Shown here: piece after piece, positions 30,743-49,454 of the stretch
How the letters are laid out: each line of letters opens with the position of its first letter
Position numbering within the stretch: the first letter of the stretch is position 1
From: the human T2T-CHM13v2.0 reference genome, Homo sapiens
Length of the DNA: 64,000 nucleotides
Direction: 5' to 3' (one strand)
NCBI RefSeq assembly: GCF_009914755.1
Contig: NC_060936.1
Made by a program: the position numbers and the translations under genes
The notes under the pieces: generated by a model
Database searches by the model: none
Seen by the model: only the letters and a program-made list of their open reading frames with translations
What the model was told of the DNA's origin: nothing

Positions 30743-31871
30743 CTCCCAGGGAGTAGAGGAGAAAAGTGACACAGAAAGAGCTTCAGATTCATGAGGCAGG
30801 GGTGGCCAGGCTGGAGGCATGTGATGAAGACTTAAAGTGGATTACTGGGGTTTGGCCCAGGACGAGGCGACGTGGACAGCTCCTTTAAGCGGAGGCCATG
30901 AGACACCCTGACTGGGAGGGGAAGCACGAGAATTGTGTTTATAGAACTTAATCTGTTTTTCCATGATTAGCAGGGGTCTGACGTCACAGATGGAATTTAG
31001 TGAGGCTGTGCAAAGTTAAGGGGGGATGGAATCCATCCCAACGCAGTTCAGCTGCATTCTGGTTACTAAGTCTGGAAGCTACTCCAAGCCAAGCCAGCGG
31101 GAGCCCCGGTTTTTGCAGTAGTGGGAAGCGAGGGAGCCACCGGCAGGTCTGGGGGCCTGGGACTCAGGACTGTGGGTATCCATAACCTCCTTCTGCCTCC
31201 CTTGAGTCCCTCTCCTCTTGCTCTAAGAGAGCTTCCTTCTGCTCTCTGCTTCCCAAACCTACTGGTTCCCAATCAGGAGCTGAAGCAGGCAATGGTAAAA
31301 GTACTTCCTCTCCAGATGCAGCCAGACAAGGCTCCCCAGGCCTCCCCTAACCATCTATGTGTATCCAGGGACCCAAAGCTCTGGATGAATGGGAGGCAGC
31401 ACAGACGGATAAGGGGCTGTTCTTTGTCCAGCAACCATCCCCTTATGCCTGGGCTGGGGTTGCAGGAGTGTGTGGCTGCTCTGAAGGTGTGTGTTATGAG
31501 GTTAGCACTGATCAGCTGCCTCTCTGTGTCCTGGAGCTGAAAGCAGGAGAGGTCACAGACCCACAGAATCGTCCAATCCCTGCCCCAGAGTAGTTCCACC
31601 TTTATGTGTTAGACACTGGGCTTCCAGCAGAGATTTCTTTTGAAGAAAGGATTTCTGGGCTAAGAAACAAGCAGAGGACCCTGCTGCAGGCCAACCCTCC
31701 CCTTACAAATGAGGAGACTAAGGCTCAGGAAGCAGGCAGAGAGCTGGGTTGGGAACCAGGACCCTGACTCCCAGCTTCTCCCTCCACCCAGCCACAAACT
31801 CCCAGGCATTAGAGGAGAAAAGTGACACAGAAAGAGCTTCAGGTTCATGAGGCAGGGGTGGCCAGGCTGGA
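30743..31871 (+). repeat. Dispersed 73-nt direct repeat (30743-30815 and 31799-31871)
   Basis: ctcccagg...tagaggagaaaagtgacacagaaagagcttcag(a/g)ttcatgaggcaggggtggccaggctgga, with 3 mismatches. Confidence 0.93.
30979..30986. promoter_or_regulatory. Palindromic CRE (CREB/ATF) site
   Basis: Perfect TGACGTCA in non-repeat DNA. Confidence 0.4.
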
Positions 31872-32149
31872 AGGGCAAGGACCAAGGAGACTTTGAGCAG
31901 GAGGACACAGCTCCTACCCCCACCCCCCACAGATTCCTTGACACCTTTAAGCAGGACCTGACTCCTTCCTCTAACGCTGGCCTGGGCAGTGAAGAGGGGG
32001 TCCCAGAGAGCTTTAAAGCCCTGGGCACTGCGGCAGTTACCCCAAATCCCACAGAAAGTCATAAATCTCACCATTGTACACCTGGAGTGCCAAGCTGGGG
32101 CAACTGCCAAGCCACTGCAGGAGTTGGTCACCAGATCCCACAGCACAGC

Positions 32150-32165
32150 GGCCACCTGGGGGCAC
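32150..32165 (+). promoter_or_regulatory. Candidate CTCF site
   Basis: GGCCACCTGGGGGCAC versus GGCCACCAGGGGGCGC, with one core mismatch. Confidence 0.4.
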
Positions 32166-33324
32166 CGTGGGGCTTGCAGTGCTCTGCAGCTCCAGGAGCA
32201 GGAGTGGGATGTTAGAGTTAAGTTATGAGGCATCGCTATGTAATGCCTCAACCCAAACAACAGACCCAGGGAAGCAGTGGTACAGACCACAGAGCAGGCT
32301 CCGAGAGGGCGCATCCTGCTCAAGGACTGCGGCAAGGCAAGGGGGCCCTGTTTTTATGACTCCTCCTCCCTGGCTGTGGCTATCAGCATGGCAACCTCAG
32401 TTGGGTGGAAACGGGCACAAATGTGCATGTGAGGAAATAAGCTTGAAACTCAGAGCCTCCAAGATGATAAGCATGGCATGAAGGAGAATTATTTGGAACT
32501 CACCTCCTACCCTGGTCCTCTAGGGACCCTGCTGGTCACAGAGCTACTACCACCACCACACTGGCCTCCAGGGTTGGTGCTCCCCTAATTTAACACTGAG
32601 TATGGCTGAAATAAGACTGGGCCCTTAAACAAAATGCCACGGGAGGCTTAGATGTGACAACAGAAACAAGCCCAGAGGGGACCTTGGCCCCAGCAGTTAG
32701 GGTCTAAGCTGTGGCTACAAAATCGTAGGCTGGGGTTTGCTCAGGGGCCTTCCTTTCTCACTCCTGGTCACCTCCCTGAGGCCACCACCATTTCAGCAGC
32801 AGCACCCAGACCATCCTCCTACATAAGAAGTGCCAGGGCTTTTCAGGAGGCCACTGGCCTTAGAAATGGCCAGTCCTTTAGGGGTGAAAGGTCTCAGCTT
32901 CTGGGGCATGCAGAAGGGAGGGCCCCCTGAGATGCTTAGAGGCTGAGAGCCTGTTGGCAGAGAGCTGGCTGTGCTGCAGGCCCTGTCCCAAAGCAAAACT
33001 CAGCTCAATCAATTCTCCAGGGAAATCAGAGCTTTCCGGAACCATCCAAGACACCAGAGTTGATAAGAGGCACTGCTGAGATTTTCACCTGGGTTACTCC
33101 TGAACTGGTGATAAGCCCTTGTGATGACAGAGTAGATACATAATGAGAATACAAAGGCCCCTGAGTGCTTACTCCTCTGGGCCAGCCTTCAAAACTCTGA
33201 CAGGACACTCCAGGAGGGCACAGCTCCTGCAGTCCTACTTCAGTGATTCAGTTCCTTCACTATTTCCCACTCCTGATTTTATACCTTCTCTCCATCTTGA
33301 GTCTTCGTTACTTTTTTATCATTA

Positions 33325-33482
33325 ATTTTTTTGGAGATGGAGTCTCACTCTTTACCCAGGCTAGATAGAACACAGTGGCGTGATCTTAGCTCACTGCAGC
33401 CTCCAACTCCTGGGCTCAAGCGATCTTCCTGCCTCAGCCTCCTTAAGTAGCTGGGACCACAGGCATGTGTACCATGCCTGGC
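33325..33482 (-). mobile_element. Alu monomer (FRAM/FAM-like)
   Basis: Single antisense arm. Confidence 0.8.
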
Positions 33483-34969
33483 TCCAGTCTTCTTTGTTTC
33501 CTCAAATTCCCATCATCAAATGGACCAACCCATTGCACCAATCCACTAGCTGCTGTTGCAATGCATGGACGGCTCTGCTCCTACTGAAGGCCAACTCTCT
33601 GTCACTGGGGCCCATGCCCTCTTGTCATTCAGGGACCTTCTCCCGAAATGCTCCCCTCTCTTGTCTCCCTAATGGACCTCCTCATTCACCATCAGCATTC
33701 AAACATGCAAGTTATAGCTCCCATATATCTGCAAAACCAAAACAAAACAACATGCCACAGCCCCCCTCAACTCTACCTCCTTGGCACCATCCCGCTTCTT
33801 TGATCCCCTTTATAGCAAATCCTCCTCAAGCTTAGCTATACTTGCTGTTTCCATTGTCTCACCTCCTGATCTCTTTCCAACCCACTTTGACCACCCCCAC
33901 TCCACTGAGACCATATTGGTCAAGGTCACAAATGACCTCCATGTGGCTAAGTCGGCAGACAATTCTCATCAAATTCAGTCTTTCCTTAATTCCTGCATTT
34001 AACACAAATGGATTGAATGTTGGCTGCAGATGCCTCCCCATGGCTTGTGAGCAGGTGGGCACAACGCTGGGACTGAGTTTTTCCCTGGACAAGGTTCTCC
34101 TCTTTACTTGGCCAACATACCTCCCAATAAACTTCCACTTGGAGCCCACCATGTGCAAGATTCCAGCACTGAGGCTGTCAGCCAACTTACTCGGGTGCCT
34201 GTTAGTTATCAGCTGCAAATTATGAATTTTTGTTGCTCCAAAACAACAGCTGGTATTGTGCAGCCTGCAAGGAGCGCTGTGGGGCTAACCTCAAGTCCAG
34301 AGAGGCACAAACGCCATGCTGGAGTCTCAGTAGCCAGTGTCAGTAGCCAGTGTCCCTAGTCCTGTCTCCTTAAGCCCACCCTACTCATGGTACCAAAGGC
34401 GCACCAGCCCACCACTCTGAGCCCCCGTGACTCCTTCTGCAATAGCTATGGCTGAGTGGGGTACAGACCCAGCCGTCCCTGGGTGTCCCAGCGAGGGTGT
34501 CACAGCCCTTTAGCTCAGAGAAATTGCCCACAGCTCTCTGTGTCGCCTAAGACAGGGTTTCCCAAACTTGCCACATTACAACAGTCAACTCCTTAAAGAC
34601 ACAGATGCCAGGGCAGCTAACAGTCAGAGACTTAGTCCCCACCCCGACCCTGGCCCCTCATCCTTCATGCATCCTGTGAGGAGGAGGGTGTAGGAGAAAA
34701 TACACAGTCTGCCCAGTCCTGCCTTTCCTGAAGGTATTCCCAGTGTGAATGGCCCCCTCCTGAAAATGGTGCCAGGGTCTCATCAGACCCCACATCCCAA
34801 CAGCCCCCACCCTCTGGCAGGCACACTTGGCAACCAGACTCTTCTTCTTGCTACTTGGTTTATAAATCTGGCCCATGGTTTTACACACTTGGGCCCTATT
34901 AATACATTGTAAGTGACTTAATCCTCACAACTCCCCCGAGTTAGATGTATTGTCCCCACTTATTTAAGT

Positions 34970-35330
34970 ATTTTATTGTGATATAACTCACATGCCATGT
35001 AATTCACCACTTTAAAGTGGTTTTTAGTATACTCACAGAGTTGTGCAACCATCACCCCTATCTAATTCCAGAACATTTTCCTCACCCAAAAAGAAAGCCC
35101 ATTTCTCATTAAGCTCATTAAGCAGTCACTTCCCGTTGCCCCAGCCCCTGGCACCCACTAAGCTGCTTTCTGTTTTGATGGATTTGCCTATTCTGGACAT
35201 TTCCTATTGGTGGAGTCATACAATATGTGCTTTCTGTGTCTGGGCTTTTTCACTTGGCATCATGTTTTTGAGGTTCATGTTGTAGCATTGCGAGAACTTC
35301 ATTGCTTTTTATGACTGAATAATATTGTGC
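34970..35330 (-). mobile_element. Old L1 3'UTR fragment
   Basis: cagagttgtgcaaccatcacc...atggatttgcctattctggacattt. Confidence 0.85.
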
Positions 35331-36350
35331 TGCAAGGCTATTAGCCCCGTTTTTATAACTAAGGAGACCCAGGGCTTTGTGTCATTATGGTACCTTGCCC
35401 CTATTACTCAGTAAGTGATGGAGTCAAGTGTATCTTACTGTACAGCCAGGATAGTAAATAGCTTAAGAATTGAACCATCATCTTCTATACTTAAATCAAT
35501 TTATATACATATGCACCCCTAGCATTGATAATAGCATTTTATGACTTACAAATTCTTTTAGCCTTTTTATTCTTGCTTCTTCAGAATGATCTCCCAAGGT
35601 GGAAAAGGTAACAATGCTCCCATTTTTGGAAGAAATGAAAGCCCCCAAAATTTAAGCGGTATATTCCAGGCTAAAGCTATGTATTGATGCGTGAAAGGTG
35701 GCTGCACCTGACTCTGGATACAACACAAGCTAACAGCTGCTTTAATGCTTTTTAATAAAGATGCATGATTTAGAGAAACAATTTCTGTTTTTTTCTTTCA
35801 GAATATTTTGTAGGAAGTACAAACCTTCTGGCTGAGGGAAAGCCCCACTTAAACTTTATCAGAGTGGTTACTTGTTTTTATTCTAATGTTCTTAAATGAT
35901 CTAGGAAATAAAGGTTGGTATCTCTTTCAAAATACAGGCGTCTTGGTTCCAGCCCAAATCAGCTGCATTGCCAAGGGAAAGACCTGGGAATAAGAATTTT
36001 TAACAAGTCCCCTAGGTGGCTTAGATCAACAGAAACATTTGCCTAGAAGCCAAAGCTCCACAGTCTGGCAAATAAAGTCTTTAATATTGTCATCCCAATG
36101 CCAACCCCCTCTTTCAGTAAGAATTCTAGTCACTCTGAACTCCATGCACCTAACAAATGTTCATTAAGCACCTCTTAGGGTCCAGGTTCTATGATGGGTG
36201 CTAAGGATACAGGGGACCAAGACAGGCCTCAGGGAGCCTCCAGGCTCCAGGGGAGACAGGCATCACATGAGTTATCAAAACCTAATGAGAAAAAAAGGGT
36301 GGGGGGAACCTGAGGGGAAACACTATTTAGCCTCAAAAAGAGACAGAATT

Positions 36351-36659
<309 letters not shown>

Positions 36660-36935
36660 TCACATGAGTCATCAAAACCTAATGAGAAAAAAAGGGTGGG
36701 GGGAACCTGATGGGAAATATTATTCAGCCTCAAAAAAGAAGGACATTCTGACACATGCTACAACATGGATGAACTCTGAAGACATTAAGCAAAGTGAAAT
36801 AAACCAGACACAAAAGGAAAAATACTGCATGATTCCACTTACAGGAAGTCCCTAAAGTAGTCAAATTCATAGAGACAGAAAGTAGAATGGTGGGTGCTAG
36901 GGACTTGGGGAAAGGAGAATGGGTAGTTAGTGTTT

Positions 36936-37242
<307 letters not shown>

Positions 37243-37367
37243 TGGGTAGTTAGTGTTTAATGAGGACAGAGTTTTAGTTTGGGAAGATGAAAAAGTCCTG
37301 GAGATGGATGGTGGTTATGGTTATATAACAGTGTGAATGTCCTTAATGTCACAGAACTGTATGCTTA

Positions 37368-37697
<330 letters not shown>

Positions 37698-39869
37698 CCC
37701 TCCTACAAAAGCTCTGACAGGAGCCACAGTGGAGAAGCCAGGTGCTGCCTGAGGGTTCCATAACCAGAGGGACCTGACAGCAGCTCCCAAGCGTGCTTGT
37801 CCAGGAGGGTTCCATGCCTAGGACGCCCTTCACCCTGCCTTGTCTCCTCCCGATCCTGTCTGTTGCCCGCAGAACTTTGTGCATCCCTCAACTCAGTTTA
37901 CTTCCAGCTTCCAGGTCTGTGAGATCCCGTGTGCCCTGTCTGCCTGCTCGTGAGCCATAGCTCCTCCATCGCCACTCTCCAGCCACATGGCTGCTTGCTT
38001 TGCTAGGAAATCACTATGTTAGCTCTCCATTCCAGCTGCTGCCATGCCCAGGAAGCACCCATTCCCCAGGCCAGGGAACAGCTGCTCCCTCACTCCCTGG
38101 CATCAACCAGGTCTGGGCACAAATGCCATGCCCTCCCTGTCCCTTCTACAGTGTAGATTTCCTCTCCTGCCCAGTTCAGTCCCATTGCCACACTTTGCAA
38201 TGATCTGATTTGTGTACTTGAAGACTGCCTCCCTCCATCCCAGCACAGGTGACAGGAGGGCAGGGAACTTGTCTGTCTTATTTGTTGCCATAATCCCAGT
38301 AGATAATCCTAGAATGGTGCCTGCACAAAAGAGAAAAAGATAACACCTTTCATTTGTCTCTCCATTCACAGCAGGTGCTAGGCAGCCAGGGCCTGGCACT
38401 TAGTAGGTACTCAAGAAGGGTAATTGGCAAATGTTCACAAAAAAACCCTCTGCAGGCAGATAACGCTGCCGCCAAGCAGCCAAAGTGCTAATTACAAACT
38501 GCTCTGTTAGCTGTTCCTTAGCGCAGCTAAGATTCTCCAAGAATAGTGCACGCTCCCTGCCATGTCCCTGTTTCTTGACAGCGTCTGTGACTCAGACTTT
38601 TCATGGAGCCAGACTTGCCCTCCTCAAGAGCATGTGCAGGGCATAAACGTCAAACAGGACAACTGGATGTTGCTGCCCATGGTGTGGGCTGGGGGTGGGG
38701 GTATCTGAAGTCATCTCAGCCCTTTCTGATGGGCAGGTTTGGGAGAGACAAGCTGGGCCCTGAATGAGATATGGCAATGCCAGGCAGCCCAAATGCCCTT
38801 AGTATAACTACCACCTCCTCTCAGACACACTCAGTGCAGCTCAGTTTATAAACACTCTGCCACAACAATCTCGCTGGAAACTCAATGCTCAGAAGCAGTC
38901 AGGGCAAGATGGGAACACAAAAGCCCAGAGGGACTGAGTCATTTGACAAGGCCATACAGTGAGTCAGGGCAGAATGGTACCAGACTCTGTATCTCCTGGG
39001 CTGTGACCCAGGACTGATCTACTGTACTCTTAGGTGAGCAGGAAACCCAGGCGTCTTAGGTCACCAATAACCAGGTCCAAATGCTTAACTCAGAAGGGAG
39101 CAAGCAGGCAGAGCCAGAGGACCTAGAGGACAACGAAAGGCCCAGCCAGTGTCCTTAGGGGATGTGAGGACAGGCACATTCACGTGTCTGTACAACTTCA
39201 CCCAGGCCTTGCTCCACAGCATTGTGAGCGGTGTGGCCTTTACAGTCCAGCCTCCCAGGGCTGCCAGAAACACAACATGCCTGGAAAGTTTCCCAGGTAA
39301 CTGGCTCTTCTTTACAGAGCTATTAGCTTCCCTTCATCATGCCATAAAATCCTCCAGCCGATGACAGATCTCATCCTTCTCCAGGGAGGGAAACAGGGAA
39401 GAAACGAAACACAAAGGAAAAAAACCACTGGTCAAATTTGGAAAGCCCCATGGGCACATAACTTGGGCAGAAAAGGCATCAGAGATAGCTGGGTTGCTGC
39501 ATTCAGTTGCACAGGCTATGCACTGTCCAACTCCAAGCGATGCCATTCTCATGTACTACAATATGAATGACACTCCCTTGAGTTAGGAAGTGCAGGGAAA
39601 GGACCTTGCATGATTTTGCGCAATGTCTTCAATATCCTCAAGGCCCACCCCTCGCTGACACCTTGTCCTAGGCCTCTCAGTTCTCAGAAACTTCTCATTG
39701 ATACCCCTCTTGCAGGAGGAAATGACCAAGGTTGGGGAGGAGTCAAGGCAAAGGGTTTGGCATCTATTTCGTGAGCCACTTGACTGGCTGGGCTGAAATC
39801 AAGCACTAAGCCCAGGACTAGAGAGAAGTATTAGCCACCTTTTAAGGGCTGAATCCCACTTACGTAGAC

Positions 39870-43622
<3,753 letters not shown>

Positions 43623-44423
43623 GGTACATTTTACTTTACTCCAAGGTCAAAAAATGGTTGAAAACTCCAAATAAGTTAAGGTGTTTTCTCTTTGTATGAT
43701 GGTTCTGAAGTCTCGAAGTCTGTCCTCTGAGTCCACAGAAGACGTGGTGTGAATCTGGTCAGGAGAAAGACGCTGCAGCTGGTTGGAGAAAAGGGCAGAT
43801 GCAGCTCGACATAAAGTCCAGTGTTCCCAACGTGCCACCCTTTCATCATGTGCAGACTCTTTCTGCCAAATGACCACCCATGAAATATGAGCTCTTTCTG
43901 TGAATCTGAGGAGTTGCTCTGGGCCCAGCACGTGGGGCCTGGAACTACCTCAAAGGCTTCTCCCGTCTAAGGAAGCAGTATACGCCACCAGCTCAGCCTG
44001 CCCAGCGTGCACACGGCACCAAGCTGGCTGGGTGCTAAACAGATACAATACTTGGAACTAAAATAAAACCCAACTCAGTGACATCTTGATGCAGCTTTGT
44101 AGGAACAGCAGGCTCCTGTGTACACACCGTTCTGCTCTGCACGCCTATTTGTAAATTAATCACACATCAGTAGACTTGGCTCAGATTCACATGTTTCTGG
44201 ACCACTGTGAGGGTAGCTCAGGCTATGGGATCTTCCATTCAGCTTCAAAACCAGATCCTTTCAACAGATTCTGGGTGAGAATTCTTCTTCTTGCCAGGCT
44301 CTCTTAAGCCACCCACATCTTGCTCCCTTCCCCAGCAGAAGCAAACAGGGCAGAGGGAACGGTGACTCCCCACAAGCCCCCTCCATAAAAGCATCCCCAA
44401 TATACTAATATCATAGTTTGAAG

Positions 44424-44447
44424 ACACACACACACACACACACACAC
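44424..44447 (+). repeat. (CA)n microsatellite
   Basis: About 12 pure units. Confidence 0.95.
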
Positions 44448-45611
44448 TTGCAAGATGTTAGTGAAAGCACGACGAAAAGAAATAGAGTGGCACCTTTTTA
44501 TGATGTGTTCATACTCCACCAGCCAATGTCCTGCCTCTGCCTCTCCCTGGGGTTCTTTCCTGTGGTGTTAATCTCACCTCTGCTCCACCTGGATCCTAGA
44601 ACACTGCCCAGTCCCAAGCCCAGTTGGGCTTCCTTGAGTTCACTCTTAGGAGCCCTGCAGCTTGAGTTCCAGGCTCTGGCCCTGAGGTCAAGGCAGTGGT
44701 GATGAGTCACAGCTGCAGGTCAGTGGAAAGTGACTGCAGCGTCAGGCCAAGCTTGGCCACTTACATGTCTGGCATGACAGTGGCCTCAGAGTACTCGTCT
44801 GAGAAGAAGAGCTATCACCTGAGCGCTCTGGAGAACTTAGCCGGAGCTTTCAGGCAGTCTGGGAGCCTACATGGAGGCGTGTAGGCTTATGTCTCATGTC
44901 CACGTTGCCCGGGAGACAAAATCCTTTTCTATTTAGAGCTGCCCCAAAATGTTCTGCACCAGCTTCTCACTGCGGTGGCTTCACCTTAGCATACAGGTAT
45001 GTGGACGGCCACTGTGCTGGCTCACCTTGGACACTGCCTTCATGGGCCTGGGTCAGGTTCTCAGTCAGCAGCTCTTGCCAACTCCAGGAGGCCCAGACCC
45101 AGGAGTGGCCTCCTGCTGCCGGACACGAAGAGGGAAAGAGCTGAGCTGCCCGGCCCTCTTCTTCTAACAAGCCCTCCTGGGTTGACAAAGAAAGTCTCTC
45201 CCTGCACTGGGTGACACTGGACACTGTCCCTGTCCTCTCCCGGGATGCCCCAGGCCAGGGGCTGGGATAGCCTCAGGGCCTGGCTCTCTCCATACCCAGC
45301 CCAATCAGGGGTCCTGTGCCCAAGATCCTATCAAGATGGGTGCTAAGAATCACAGAGAATGGGGACAACCTGCAGGTCCCTGCAGGACTTTGCAGACCCA
45401 GGAGGTGGCAGTTCACTGAGGTCTAGCCCCTGGCCTTGAATGGGAACCAAGCAGGTGTGAACTGGGAGTAGAGGCCACCGATCTGCTGCTCAGCCTTGGA
45501 CAAGTCAGAGTACTCAGAAGCCTCGGATCCCAAATGTGAAAGAGAAAAGCGCGTCTGAGTGTGTGTGAGAATTCCTTCCTAACCGGGGAGCATATCTTCA
45601 GGGCAACTTCA

Positions 45612-45930
<319 letters not shown>

Positions 45931-47183
45931 ATTTAAATTCAAAAACAAACAAAAAGAACTTCTTCCTAACAGGAACATTCAGAAGAACTAAGGAAAGAAT
46001 GTCTCTGAGGGTGCAAATGGTACCATTGGTCTCCTCACCCTACAAGTATTTACAAAGTGCCGTAGACAAGACCGCATCTGAAATCAGAGCTGGGCGGGAG
46101 GCAGGACCTGTGGTTTCTAAGTGCTCTCTCCACTTCCCCAGGCAATGGGCCTATGGACACCAAAGCTGGGGCGCCCGGCCAGAACCTGAAGCCCCAGGGC
46201 ACATAGAGGCTGTAGGCTCTGGTGGTGACGGTTCATCTGAGTTACAAGCGGCTGAGCCTCCTGGGCTCCCCACCGCGACGCCCACCCCTAGTTGAGGAAC
46301 AAGCCCTAGGAGGCTATGGGAAAGAAGGAGGGGGAAAGCAGAGCCATCTGGCTTGTCCTGAATTATTAACCACAGAGGAGGAGGTACAGCTAAGGCCCTG
46401 GGGGAATCAGGTGCAGCTGCTCTCAGAGTTGGAGAGGGGAACTGGAACCCTTTTGCAGATCCAAGGGATCCAGAGGTTGGAATGTGACCCTCCGTGCCAG
46501 CTGGGCCCCAAGTCCCAGGGACCCCTCCTGTACACCTGACAGGTGCTACCTCCTCTCTGGGCCACTAGGCAGCAAAAAACAAACTATGCCTTCATCCCCT
46601 GACCTTTTACTCTTCAAAGTACTTACGAACCCACGTTCTTCACTTCTTCTTTTTGGGCATTTTGTCGGAAGGATAAACCAAGGCCAGGTGAGATCAGACA
46701 ATTCAGCCAAGGTTGTAGGGCTGCCAGGGAGGTGGTCAGGGTGTATACCAGGTCTCCGTCTCCAATGCCACCATGGGGTCCCCTCCCCAAGAATTCCAAG
46801 TCACCCATGGCTGAGCCATGGGAAGAACACCTGCTATGTCTCCCTCTAATTTGCCTTCTGCCTCCATCCCTTTTGATTCTGGCCCTCACCAGCACTCCCT
46901 GGGTGTCAGAGACAGCCTTCTAATTGGCCTCTATGTTTCCAGTTTGGTTCCTCTGAAATCCTCCTTCTAGAAACCATTAGAGGACATCTTCCCAATGCAG
47001 ATGCAACCATGTTTGCCAGCTCCCCAGAATGTCACTGGAAGCCATCATGCCCCACCCACAGCCTCTCCAGGGCCTCTCTCACTCCACCATTCACCTGCTG
47101 TTCCCTGCTGTCATTCTTGTTGTTCCCTGTTTGCGGTCCTCAGCTCCAAAGCCCTCAAGAGCAGCACCTGCCTCTTACACCTC

Positions 47184-47285
47184 GGCCCCAAGCACTGCAG
47201 AAGCTGGTAACTGTTGCCTGAGGCATTTGCTCAAGGCCCCAAGCGCTGTAGAAGCTGGTAACTGTTGCCTGAGGCATTTGCTCAA
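47184..47285 (+). repeat. 51-nt tandem duplication (2 copies)
   Basis: ggccccaagc(a/g)ctg(c/t)agaagctggtaactgttgcctgaggcatttgctcaa twice, with 2 mismatches. Confidence 0.95.
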
Positions 47286-48264
47286 GTGCTCAACCCCTGC
47301 TGGTTCTTTTGTGGAAAAAGCCCTTTCCCACGGGGTCCACCTGGAAAATTCTCGAAGTGTCTATTAAGAATCAGCTTACACAGCACTCACTCTGAGAAGC
47401 CCTCCGAGACTACTCTGGGCAAAGCTGAGTGCCCAGGTGCATTGAGAGCACCTCAGCCCCAGCTCCCACCACACCCCATTCCCATTGTCTGGGCCCAAAC
47501 CATGAAGCTCAGGGCAGCACCCGCATCTGCTTCATTTCTGCATCTTCAGGGCCAAGCCCACAGCGAGGTGCTCTACAGATCTCCATAAGTACTTAGGAGA
47601 GGCACAGCTGTGGGGGCAGAGGTCAGCATCTAGGCAGGGAGAGAACCAGGCAGGGAGAAGGCCAACCAAGGATATCACAGGCTGAAGAGCCCATGTGTTT
47701 CCAGTCAGAGAGGAGGAGCTCACAAGCATGGGACCTTTTCTGGGGGCTCTTCCAAGGGCCATCTGGAGAGCAGTGAGTCAACCAGCCACCTCCTGTGTGG
47801 CTCAGCCCCTGCCCCTTTCCGTAGCAGCACTGAGCTACATAGCCTGAATTTGGTAAAAGGTCTCGGATGTGGGGCAGAGGGCCCAGAGAAGGTCAGGGAG
47901 GAACTGCCTGGGAAGCCAGATGCCCACAAGGCTCTGTGACTTCACTTCCAGGGTTCGGTCTGTACTCTCTGCAGTCAGGAGTACTGTCCCAGCTTTACCA
48001 CCTTCTGGCCCTTTAGCACCTGGCCATACACACCCACTAATGCCCCCAGAAGGGTGGAGGCCCACTTCTCCCCCAGAACAAGCTTGACTGATTTGTTTTC
48101 ATATCATCTGAGCTTCTCTCTTGGACAGTGGGAAGCTGGGAGCTCCACCCAGGCTGCACACAGGACTGGCTTGAGGGCCATAGAGCAGGAAATAAATGGT
48201 GAGCTTGTAGCACAGCAGGGACAAGGCAGAGCCTAAGAAAGGGCCCAGAGTCTGGTGTATGCCT

Positions 48265-48515
48265 GATTCTGTGGCTATGAAACATCCGGAATAGACAAAT
48301 CCATAGAGCTAGGATGCAGACAGATGGTGGCCAGGAGCTGTGGGGAGGGAGGAATGGGAAGTGACTGCTTAAAAGGGACAGGGGTTCCTTTCAGGGTGAT
48401 GGAAATGTTTTAGAACTAGATAAAGGTGGTGGCTGCACAATCTTGTATGCATACTATATGCCACCGAATTGTGCACTTTTAACATGTTTAAGCTTACTGA
48501 ATTTCACCTAAAAAG
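48265..48515 (+). mobile_element. Old L1 3' terminus fragment
   Basis: gaaacatccggaatagacaaatccatagag...gggtgatggaaatgttttagaactaga. Confidence 0.8.
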
Positions 48516-49454
48516 AAACGAGGAAAGAAAGGTCAGGCAGAACTCCAAGTATCAGTTTCCTTTTTTTCTCCAAGTCCTGGCAGCGCTCCCTTTTCTGCAA
48601 GCTAGCATCCTGGCTCTTTTTATCAACCCCCAGGCCCCAAGGGCTCAGAGCACAAATCGAGGGTGAGTTTTCCATGTTGACCTTTATTTTTTTATTTTTA
48701 ACCAAAGATGCTCCAGCATACTGCAGGAGAAGGAACTTGACTGGGTCACCTCCTGGTTAAAACCCTTCAAGAATTCACCTTCATTCACCAAAGCACCCTG
48801 AGCTCCTTGCCTTGGCACTGGAAGTCTTTGCACAGGCTGGTGAACTGACACCCTCACCCGTGAGGACCCAGCCCGTCTGGGTGCCATCACCTGGGTCTCC
48901 ACCTCCACCGGGAAATTCTGACCTACTAAGTTGACCTAGCTCCTGACCTAACTCAAGAGCCACCTTGGCAGTAAAGCCACCCTGACCCTGTGACAGTCCC
49001 TCTGCCAAGCCCCCAGCGCCTGACACTTCCACCCAATGCTCACTCAGCAGCTCATCCTGCATGAATGCAGAGTGGCCTGGAGGGAAGTGACTGCACACAG
49101 GATATACAGACTCTCCCACCACAAATAAACAAGCGATTCTGTCAACAAAAGAGCCAGAAGAAAACTGCACTCCTATTGGAAAGGGATGAGGAGCGCAGAG
49201 GCTGCAAGGAGGGTACCAAGTCAGAGCTGGGAAGGCCCAAGGCAGGGTGGAAGGTGGAGCTCAGAGAGGGTTCCAGGGTCCCTGGGTATAGGCACGGTCC
49301 TCCTTATAGGTCACCACCTAAGGGGGCAGCAGTCCTTAAGGGTGCCAGGTTGACATAGGTGGGGTCACAAACCTCAGAAACTGAAGAACTTGCAATCCAA
49401 CCCTATCATTGGGTAGATGGAAAAATTAAGGCCCAGAAAAGGGCAGACAGTTGA

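Noticed and set aside
31718-32335. 205-aa ORF, and the similar 209-aa ORF at 51398-52027
   Set aside because: No recognisable domain, overlapping ORFs on both strands, typical of GC-rich intronic DNA.
44447-44490. Perfect branch-point CACTAAC next to a (UG)n tract on the transcript strand
   Set aside because: The pyrimidine tract lies upstream of the branch point and the next AG is only about 10 nt away, so the geometry is wrong for an acceptor.
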